Assembly: GCA_963733095.1 (NCBI GenBank) | Contig: CAVTBV010000013.1 | Span: 224,001-288,000, forward strand | Origin: Candidatus Bathyarchaeota archaeon | Lineage (GTDB): Archaea; Thermoproteota; Bathyarchaeia; Bathyarchaeales; Bathycorpusculaceae | Length of the DNA: 64,000 nt | Reading direction: 5' to 3' | Shown: positions 56,649 through 64,000 of the stretch, one piece after another | How the letters are laid out: every line of letters begins with the position of its first letter | Position numbering within the stretch: position 1 is the stretch's first letter | Program-made: the position numbers and the translations under genes | Notes under the pieces: generated by a model | Told to the model about the DNA's origin: nothing | Databases searched by the model: none | The model's input: only the letters and a program-made list of their open reading frames with translations

Positions 56649-57221
56649 ATGCGAACCAAAACTACCCTGTTACTCATCTTCCTCATATTAGTTTCAGGTC
56701 TGATTGCAATCGCGCCTGCCTTCACACAAATCAGCCCCAACGTTCCACGGTTCACATTGAAAATCGAAGATGACTCTCACAATATAACAAACGCCACAGG
56801 AACCTACCACGTGCAGATAAAATTCATTGACGTTGTCATAAATAACACTGGGGACCTGTCAAATTATGCTGTTGTTAACGAAACCCTTGTTAAACTGTAC
56901 TATAACATCCGCGTTAAAGATCACGCGCAAGACTGGTCAACGGCATTAGTTACTCCTAACCTTGCCCCATCAACTACAGGTTATACGACTGTGAAGTTTG
57001 GACTCGGCAGCACTAACCCAGACCCAGGCGGTTGGAGCATCTGGATTGGCAACATTACCAAGAGCAGCCAAGTAGATATTCAAGTACTGGGAATCGACGG
57101 GTTTTACACAAAACTCATAGATAATCCACCCTGCTGGCGAATACCCGAATTCAGCGTCTTTAACGAAACAGGACGAAGCGCTTGGAGTGCCACGCAAACA
57201 ATAACAATACCAAGCAACTAA
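56649..57221 (+). CDS. Secreted protein, anchor-less paralog of 55720..56532
   Basis: Signal peptide, PNVPRFTL, LYYNIRVKDHAQDW, WSATQTITI; ends without linker or TM. Confidence 0.82.
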   Translation: MRTKTTLLLIFLILVSGLIAIAPAFTQISPNVPRFTLKIEDDSHNITNATGTYHVQIKFIDVVINNTGDLSNYAVVNETLVKLYYNIRVKDHAQDWSTALVTPNLAPSTTGYTTVKFGLGSTNPDPGGWSIWIGNITKSSQVDIQVLGIDGFYTKLIDNPPCWRIPEFSVFNETGRSAWSATQTITIPSN

Positions 57222-57424
57222 ACCTCACAATCTGTTGCCGAAACTTCTGCTATCTCTAAACATGCCCTATAATTTCTAATAGAATCCAAAATATGCAAAG
57301 TGCTAATCAGCAAGAGTACCGCTTTGGGCATGATTATTTTTTTTGTGACATATTGTGTCAGACGAAATATGCCTTTTATGACAAAGTGAGGTTTGGTTGT
57401 TTGAGGAGTAAAGGAGAAGGCCAT

Positions 57425-57456
57425 CGGACCGAAAAACCCTCTAATGAGGCGGTCCG
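57425..57456. other. Strong GC-rich hairpin in intergenic DNA (candidate sRNA element or terminator)
   Basis: CGGACCG/CGGTCCG outer stem with CCTC-TAAT-GAGG inner stem. Confidence 0.5.
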
Positions 57457-57529
57457 TATTACCTAATTTTACGTGATTTCCAGGCAATGTAGATCGCAGA
57501 CTAAATAAGGAATGATTTTTCAGCACTAA

Positions 57530-58186
57530 CTAAGTAATCCGCGTGGCAGTTTCAATAATGAACCCTTTCCTACCCAAAGTGTAAGTTAACCTGCGCGTCG
57601 GAATAATTGTACCTGACATCTTCCGGATAATCAAATGTCTCATAGTCACATCAGCGGACCACGTCAGCGCGAAGTTTACTGCGCCTTCTGCGAAGTGGTT
57701 CATTGTGGTTTCAGCTAGCGGGTCTTGCATACCTTCGGTGAGAAGGAGTAGTTGGAAATTATCGCTTTTTCTGTTCTGATGAGTCATGGACGTAACAAGA
57801 TCAACTATATTTTCTATTTTTTGGGTGAGCAGCAACTCTGAGATGGAGTCGATGGCGACTGTTCTTAATTGTTTCATTTCATCCAAAACTGTATCCTGCA
57901 GTACACTTGGAGTGACATTTTTTAAGCTCTTGAACCTCCACGTTTCATTTTCCTCAAACGCTGCAGTGTCCCATCCATAGGCGGCCATATCTTCTCTGAT
58001 ACTTTCTGCCGTGGTGCTAACTGAAAAGTAGGTTACAGGGCACGTTTTTATCCTGTTGAACAAGACTTGTCTTGCGAAGACTTCGTTCCCTGACCCAGGT
58101 AACCCTGTAAGAAGTATGATTCGTGGTGGCAACCCGCCCATTAGAAACTCATCAAGGCCTGCAATTCCTGTCTTAACAATCTTCAA
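57530..58186 (-). CDS. RAD55/KaiC-like RecA-superfamily protein with degenerate Walker A
   Basis: KTGIAGLDEFLMGGLP, GLPGSGNE (Lys replaced), AIDSISEL, RHLIIRKM.G, ETATRI. Confidence 0.88.
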   Translation of the reverse strand: MKIVKTGIAGLDEFLMGGLPPRIILLTGLPGSGNEVFARQVLFNRIKTCPVTYFSVSTTAESIREDMAAYGWDTAAFEENETWRFKSLKNVTPSVLQDTVLDEMKQLRTVAIDSISELLLTQKIENIVDLVTSMTHQNRKSDNFQLLLLTEGMQDPLAETTMNHFAEGAVNFALTWSADVTMRHLIIRKMSGTIIPTRRLTYTLGRKGFIIETATRIT

Positions 58187-58433
58187 GAGTAGTCACTTTT
58201 TGGATATCAATATCTTATGGCTTAGTTATAACTTTTGTATTATTGAAGTATTGATTACTCATACAACTCTTGTTATATTAACTACTTGAATTTGTATCAT
58301 TTTAAAATCTAAGTAATTACATATTCTATTATTTGACACATATCGGAATTCGATAGAAGATTAATCCAACATACTTTTAAAGACCTGGAGCTAAGTAGAA
58401 AGTCAATCAACCAATATAGGAGAAAAAAACCAA

Positions 58434-58886
58434 ATGAATATTGGAAAAACAATAAGAAAATTCCGTAGAAACACACGCGCAATCTCACCAGTAATAGCTA
58501 CTCTACTCATGATCGCCATCGCAGTCGTAGCTTCTTTGGTTACATATGCTTGGGTTATGGGATACATGAACTTCACAACAGAGAAGACTGGCAAAGCAAT
58601 ACAAATCCAAAGTGTTACTTATTCAGGTCCAACTCCCGGTACATTTACAATATATGTGCAAAACGTCGGTTCTTCAGATGTTATGTTGTCTTCTGTATTT
58701 ATAAATGGAGCAGCGGCCACAACAACCTTTAACCCAGTTTCAGGAAGCTTGGACACAACCACTACATCAACAATTACTGCAACGACAAACGCATTAACTA
58801 CTCCCGGTGTGCAACAAGTAACTATCAAAGTCACAACTACCGACGGAACATTCAGCCAAGTAACTCAGCAATTCACAATCCAGTAA
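58434..58886 (+). CDS. Archaeal type IV pilin (major pilin candidate)
   Basis: Class III signal peptide RNTRA|ISPVIATLLMIAIAVVA; IYVQNVG. Confidence 0.9.
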   Translation: MNIGKTIRKFRRNTRAISPVIATLLMIAIAVVASLVTYAWVMGYMNFTTEKTGKAIQIQSVTYSGPTPGTFTIYVQNVGSSDVMLSSVFINGAAATTTFNPVSGSLDTTTTSTITATTNALTTPGVQQVTIKVTTTDGTFSQVTQQFTIQ

Positions 58887-58932
58887 GAGTGAATTGTTTG
58901 AGCTTTTTCTTTTCATATTTTTTTAAGTTTAT

Positions 58933-60642
58933 ATGCAAAAAAAGAATATGTACGAGTGGGGCATCGCTAAGTTGACATCTAACCGGAAACTGTTTTCTCG
59001 CAAAAAACCAGTAGAGGTTTCGGACTCTGCAAAAGATTTGCAAACAAAAATAAAGAAGAAAAAGAGTTCATCCCCAAGAAAGCTGTCTTTGTTCACTAAA
59101 AAAGCCACACTTGAAGTTCCTGTTACTCTGGTTCCAGAGGTAGCGACACCAGTTTGTGAACCAGTTAACGAGAAAGTGCTCGAAACTTACTCGCTTATCG
59201 AGCCTTATTGCCGGGTAAGTATCGTTAAGGATTTGGACAGAGGAAACATCAAATATATGGTTGAGGAACCCAAACTCACAATTGAAGATGAAGCTAACCT
59301 TAAGCGGCTAAAAGAAATCCTCAATCAAATAATAACCCTGAAGCCGTCAGATTTGCAGACAAAAGAGGCGGCTGGAAAATACCTTGTAGCCAAGAGTAAA
59401 GAAATTTTTAATGACTACGATTTCAAAATCGATGAAGCCACTCAAAATAGGCTGCTCTATTGCATAGTTAGAGATAATCTTGGCTTTGGAAAAATAGATT
59501 CACTAATGCATGACCAATTAATAGAGGACCTCTCCTGCGATGGGGTCAACGTTCCACTTTTCGTTTGGCACCGCAAATCTGAGTCCATTCCAACTAACAT
59601 CCGATTTGAAACAGAAGAGGAACTTGACTCGTTCGCTCTTCGACTCGCCTATATGTGTGGAAGTCACGTATCGATCGCTCAACCACTATTAGATGCAAGT
59701 TTGCCCGATGGCAGCAGAATCAACCTTACCTACGGCAAAGAAGTCACCCGAAAAGGATCAACATTCACAATAAGAAAATTCAAACTTGACCCATTCACAG
59801 TAACGGATCTAATCACTTTTGGCACGATTTCTGCTGATATGGCTGCCTTCTTATGGTACGCCGTCGAAAACCGAGTATCTATCCTAGTAGCTGGTGGCAT
59901 TGCTGCAGGCAAAACTACATTACTAAACTGCCTTAGCATGTTCATTAAAGCTGACTTAAAAGTTGTTTCAATCGAAGATACTCCAGAAATCAATCTTCCG
60001 CACGAAAACTGGATTCCAGCAACCACTAGGTCACATTTTGGTATAGCCACCGATTCAGCAGATGTAACACTATTCGATTTGCTTAAAGCCTCTTTGAGAC
60101 AAAGACCTGACTACATCATCGTAGGCGAAATCAGGGGAACTGAAGCCTACACACTTTTCCAAGCCGTAAGCACAGGGCACCTTGGGATGTCAACTGTCCA
60201 CGCGGAGTCAGTTGAATCGGCAGTTTACCGTTTAGAATCAGCGCCAATGAACATTCCCCGCACTCTCATCGCCGGCATCGACATTATTCTGGTTCAAAAG
60301 CGAGTTGAAATTAAAGGCAAACCTATGCGAAAGACTGTTGCTGCCTCAGAAATCGTCGGTTTAGATCCTCGTTCAGGAGAAATTTTAACAAACGAAGTTT
60401 ATCGTTGGAACGCGACAGATGAGACTTTTGATTATACTGGTCGAAGTTATATTCTTGAGAAAATTGCTGAAAAAACAGGCTTAAGTATTGAACAAGCTGA
60501 AGAAGAACTCAAAAACAGAAAGAAAGTAATTACCTGGATGGCTGAGAAGAATATTCGCAATTACAAGGACGTATCCAACATTATTCGATCATATATGGAG
60601 AATCCTGAACGCATACTCGCGGAGGCTTTGAAAGACGAATAG
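58933..60642 (+). CDS. Type IV pilus/archaellum assembly ATPase (PilB/ArlI family)
   Basis: IEDLSCDG, LPDGSRI, FTIRKF, GGIAAGKTT, SIEDTPE, LRQRPDYIIVGEIRG, TGHLGMSTVHA. Confidence 0.95.
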   Translation: MQKKNMYEWGIAKLTSNRKLFSRKKPVEVSDSAKDLQTKIKKKKSSSPRKLSLFTKKATLEVPVTLVPEVATPVCEPVNEKVLETYSLIEPYCRVSIVKDLDRGNIKYMVEEPKLTIEDEANLKRLKEILNQIITLKPSDLQTKEAAGKYLVAKSKEIFNDYDFKIDEATQNRLLYCIVRDNLGFGKIDSLMHDQLIEDLSCDGVNVPLFVWHRKSESIPTNIRFETEEELDSFALRLAYMCGSHVSIAQPLLDASLPDGSRINLTYGKEVTRKGSTFTIRKFKLDPFTVTDLITFGTISADMAAFLWYAVENRVSILVAGGIAAGKTTLLNCLSMFIKADLKVVSIEDTPEINLPHENWIPATTRSHFGIATDSADVTLFDLLKASLRQRPDYIIVGEIRGTEAYTLFQAVSTGHLGMSTVHAESVESAVYRLESAPMNIPRTLIAGIDIILVQKRVEIKGKPMRKTVAASEIVGLDPRSGEILTNEVYRWNATDETFDYTGRSYILEKIAEKTGLSIEQAEEELKNRKKVITWMAEKNIRNYKDVSNIIRSYMENPERILAEALKDE

Positions 60643-60646
60643 ACGG

Positions 60647-61513
60647 TTGCTGGCACTCTTTTTAAGAGTGTCCAAGTTTGTTCCTTCATCCTTTGTTAAA
60701 GAATTCAAGAGTTTGGAGGAAAACCTATCTAAGGCGGCTGTAAAAATTACCTTTGAAGCCTACTTAGGTTTAATGGCGTTCTCTACGCTTTTGGCAACAA
60801 TAGTGGGCTTTGTGTTTTCTCTTCTGATTTTTTCAGTCCGACTTCCCTTTGCTCCGGCATTTATATTTTCAATAATAGCTGCAATGATCACAGGTATAAC
60901 GGTTTTCGGATTTTGTTATGTTTACCCTGTTCTTGCTATATCTTCTAAAGTTCGAAAGATCGACTCAAATTTACCCTTAACCGCCAACTTCATGGCCGTG
61001 TTGGCAAGTTCAGGTATGCCTCCCGAACGTATTTTCAGATCCTTAGCCAATGTGGGCGACGAATTCGGGGTTGGAGATGAAATGCGGCGAGCAATTGCTG
61101 ACACCGAATTGATGGGTTTAGATTTAAACGATGCTTTGAGGCGGGCATCTTTAAGGTCTGCTTCAAGAAAGTTTGGTGCCATGTTAGATGGAATTGTTAC
61201 CACTTCTCACATGGGTGGTGACTTAGCTTCTTATCTCCGAGATGAGTCCGAAAAAGCTAAAAAGTTAAGGGTTACCTCAATGAAAAGTTTCTTGGATAGT
61301 CTTGCAGGCATGGCTGAAGTCTATGTCAGTTTTATGATTGCGCTTCCTTTGGTCCTTGTTGTTATGTTATCCGTAATGTCTTTCTTAGGCGGCGGATCAA
61401 TGCTTGCTGGCATGGATCCTCAAACCGTTTTGCTTCTCATGACCTTTGTAGTGACTCCTGCAGGTGTGGGAATAATGATGCTGATGGTCGATTCAATGAC
61501 TCCTCCGAGGTAA
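60647..61513 (+). CDS. Type II secretion system F family membrane platform protein (TadC/ArlJ-like)
   Basis: IDSNLP...MAVLASSGM, LMGLDLNDAL, GGDLASYL, TM helices. Confidence 0.9.
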   Translation: MLALFLRVSKFVPSSFVKEFKSLEENLSKAAVKITFEAYLGLMAFSTLLATIVGFVFSLLIFSVRLPFAPAFIFSIIAAMITGITVFGFCYVYPVLAISSKVRKIDSNLPLTANFMAVLASSGMPPERIFRSLANVGDEFGVGDEMRRAIADTELMGLDLNDALRRASLRSASRKFGAMLDGIVTTSHMGGDLASYLRDESEKAKKLRVTSMKSFLDSLAGMAEVYVSFMIALPLVLVVMLSVMSFLGGGSMLAGMDPQTVLLLMTFVVTPAGVGIMMLMVDSMTPPR

Positions 61514-61518
61514 TATAA

Positions 61519-62373
61519 ATGGGTAAAGTGACAACCAAGAAAAAGCAATTGACTGTTGGGATTTCGATAATTGCAGTAATCGTAGCTGTAGCAATTATTG
61601 CTGCTATATCCTTCTCAGCTTTAACAACTTACATCAATGAAATCTTTTTCGTCAGCCTACTTGTAATATTAGTTCCTTCGGCTATTCTCGACTTGAAACA
61701 TCAAAGATGGATATCCTCAATAGAAAATCAAATGCCTTTGCTTGTCCGAGGTGTTGCAGAATCTCAAGAAACCGGCATGACTCTAATTAGAGCTTTAGAA
61801 AAAGTTGTCGATAACAAAATGGTTAGCGGTCCCCTTTCAAAAGAAGTAAAGCAGTTAGTTATCGAAATGTCCTGGGGAACCTCCTTTGAAGATGCACTAA
61901 CCAACTTCAAAAACCGCATAAACTCACCTATCGTAAATCGCTTCTGTGTGCTAGTTTTGGAAGCAAGCCGATCAGGGGGTACAATCAAAAAAGTCTTTAC
62001 GGCTACAGCTGGTTTCATGGAAGAAATGAAAGACATCGATAGGGAAACAGACTCGCAAATGAAACCTTACATAATAGTAATTTACGCTGCCTTTGCAGTG
62101 TTTATCGTTACCGCAATTCTGCTAGTGCGTTCATTTTTTGCTCCGATGTCTGGGTCTCAACAAATATCAGGCTCAGGAAATGCTGTAATTGGTGGGGTGG
62201 GCGGTCTAAAGGACTTCTTCTACCAAGACATGCTTGTTTCAGCCTTAACTGGGGGATTAATGGCGGGAAAAATTGGGGAACGCAGAGTAGCCGGAGGCAT
62301 GAAACATTCAATCCTACTTGTTATAGTTGGATATGCCGTATTCCTTGCAGGTATACCTCCCAACTGGATGTGA
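61519..62373 (+). CDS. Type II secretion system F family membrane platform protein (second subunit)
   Basis: IENQMP, ETGMTLIRAL, MSWGTSFEDAL, MKPYIIVIY, GLMAGKI...GMKH. Confidence 0.9.
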   Translation: MGKVTTKKKQLTVGISIIAVIVAVAIIAAISFSALTTYINEIFFVSLLVILVPSAILDLKHQRWISSIENQMPLLVRGVAESQETGMTLIRALEKVVDNKMVSGPLSKEVKQLVIEMSWGTSFEDALTNFKNRINSPIVNRFCVLVLEASRSGGTIKKVFTATAGFMEEMKDIDRETDSQMKPYIIVIYAAFAVFIVTAILLVRSFFAPMSGSQQISGSGNAVIGGVGGLKDFFYQDMLVSALTGGLMAGKIGERRVAGGMKHSILLVIVGYAVFLAGIPPNWM

Positions 62374-62801
62374 AAAAAATGAAAAGAAACCTATTCAGAA
62401 ACGAAAAAGGTGTCTCAACCGTCATCGGGACAATTCTAATGATATTGGTTGTTATGGCGGGCATGAGCATACTTTTTGGTGCTCTAATAGTTTACTCTGA
62501 TGATTTCCATTCAGGCAGTGGAAGCTCAGTGTTAGAATCCATAACCGTTGAAGATGTTTATTTCATCAACCAAAATACTGTTCAGCTTTCAATTTATAAC
62601 ACTGGCAAAGTGCAATTAACAATTAGCAACGTTTACATAAATGGGGATTTGGCAACAATTAATGCTGAGTTAACGCTCGATGAGGGTGCCCATGGAGTTA
62701 TTGTTGTAACTCCATCTCCTGCTTTCAGTATCGGTTCAGGTTATGACTTCAAAATTGTCACTTTAAGGGGAAGTGGCTTCGAGGGAACATACATATGGTA
62801 A
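62370..62801 (+). CDS. Archaeal type IV pilin (minor pilin)
   Basis: Class III signal NEKG|VSTVIGTILMILVV; IYNTG, IVTLRG. Confidence 0.88.
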   Translation: MKKMKRNLFRNEKGVSTVIGTILMILVVMAGMSILFGALIVYSDDFHSGSGSSVLESITVEDVYFINQNTVQLSIYNTGKVQLTISNVYINGDLATINAELTLDEGAHGVIVVTPSPAFSIGSGYDFKIVTLRGSGFEGTYIW

Positions 62802-63871
62802 AAAAGAATACTCCCAACTTTCTAAAACGCTTCAAGACAAACCGTAAAGGAACCGCAGAGGTTATAGGCACAGTCCTCTTTATTATAATCCTACTTTTTG
62901 CGTTTAGCAACATCTATCTTTGGCATGATACTCAAATCAAAACAATGAACAACCTACTATCAGACAAACTAAACTCCCAAATAGAAGTTCACTGGCTACT
63001 TGACGAAAATGGCAAGGATACTTCTACCCTAGCTGTTACAAATACTGGTGGCACAAGTACCACATTATCTAGACTTTGGATAGTTACTAATTCAGGCATC
63101 CATCGATATGCTGATCTGGAGAGTACAAGCGGAAATTCTTTTAGCATTGGCGCTGGAAATACAGCGACAATCCTTTTAAGTGGAACTACATCACAAATTG
63201 ATCCCATCCCTACATCTTGGAGTGGCTCAACCGCTACCGTGTCCTTAAATAAAGCTGACGGAGAGACATTTACCGTTCTTACAACTCTTGGGAATATGGC
63301 ATCTCCTCAAGGAACTTTAAAAGTCATTAACCAAATTGGAGGCGATGGCGGACCTGGAAACGATATATCTCCAGTTGGATCAGTAATTGTGGCGGATTTT
63401 TCATCATTTACCTATTATCCGGTCACTTCGTCCTCAATAGGTTCCCCTACGAACGGATACAACATTGATTCAAACGCGGCAAATGTTGCTTTCAGTGTCG
63501 TTCTTACTAACCATGACGAGAACCAACGAAATATAGCCTTAAACTATAATAGTCAAATGTTTTTCATCAACACAAAGAACCCGAACAATGTTGGATACCT
63601 TATTTTCTACACTGTTAACGTAAATAACGGCGTCATCTCACCCACTTATTCAAACGTGAATTTGGAATATGGCAAACCAACCACTGTATATTTTGCTTCC
63701 GCAAATGCTATTGTCGGGTCTTCACATTATACGGCTAAAAACTTGGTAACCTCGGGAAGCAAAGCCGACCCAGGTGTTTATCCGTTAAATCTTGCATTGC
63801 TTGGATCTTTCAGTGATGGTAGCGTTTTAGGACAGAATATACCCTTTGTGTCTGTTTATGTAAACAGTTAA
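62795..63871 (+). CDS. Large pilin-like protein / putative adhesin
   Basis: Class III signal NRKG|TAEVIGTVLFIII; pilin domain (VTNTGG, LTTLGN) plus an extra Asn/Ser/Thr-rich beta domain. Confidence 0.82.
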   Translation: MVKKNTPNFLKRFKTNRKGTAEVIGTVLFIIILLFAFSNIYLWHDTQIKTMNNLLSDKLNSQIEVHWLLDENGKDTSTLAVTNTGGTSTTLSRLWIVTNSGIHRYADLESTSGNSFSIGAGNTATILLSGTTSQIDPIPTSWSGSTATVSLNKADGETFTVLTTLGNMASPQGTLKVINQIGGDGGPGNDISPVGSVIVADFSSFTYYPVTSSSIGSPTNGYNIDSNAANVAFSVVLTNHDENQRNIALNYNSQMFFINTKNPNNVGYLIFYTVNVNNGVISPTYSNVNLEYGKPTTVYFASANAIVGSSHYTAKNLVTSGSKADPGVYPLNLALLGSFSDGSVLGQNIPFVSVYVNS

Positions 63872-64000
63872 CATTTTTTCCTTTTTATTCTCGGCAAAAT
63901 TTTAACGCTGATTAAATTCAGTGTTTGAATTAAATCTTATTTGTGTTTTTGCTTTCGTCGTTTCCAAAAATAGAATGCTTGATACCCTAAAGTTTCTGAC

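Noticed and set aside
1-64000. CRISPR arrays, IS elements, integrases, and the many antisense/shadow ORFs in the track
   Set aside because: No regularly spaced repeats, transposase or recombinase motifs seen; shadow ORFs lie opposite well-supported genes and lack motifs

Overview
Archaeal chromosomal segment, most likely Bathyarchaeia (TACK). This is inferred from TACK-type genes (SmAP3, archaeal CCA enzyme, DUF1512, stand-alone 5S rRNA, split-type EndA subunit), frequent TTG starts, and the PQQ-repeat and small secreted surface-protein families. The window is mostly housekeeping: tRNA/RNA processing (tgtA, cca, thpR, endA, RsmB/NOP, NIP7, two MBL/beta-CASP nucleases), hisS, trpS, purA, nadA, glnA, mtnA, map, a class II HMG-CoA reductase, two alpha-glucan phosphorylases, several proteases, a nikR/NiCoT nickel-uptake pair, and a type IV pilus locus at the right end. 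I found no CRISPR array, transposase or integrase. The most interesting signals are not in the ORF track: (1) a promoter- and terminator-bounded, highly structured ~145-nt RNA candidate upstream of trpS; (2) further structured intergenic RNA candidates next to the 5S gene and before the pilus locus; (3) four genes whose reading frames appear to begin at near-cognate ATA/ATC/ACG codons behind Shine-Dalgarno motifs; (4) a clear NikR-type operator; (5) a tandem hexulose-phosphate-isomerase-like protein; (6) an output-less PAS protein coupled to glycogen phosphorylase; (7) several unannotated small ORFs. All calls come from reading motifs by eye; no database searches or folding programs were run.
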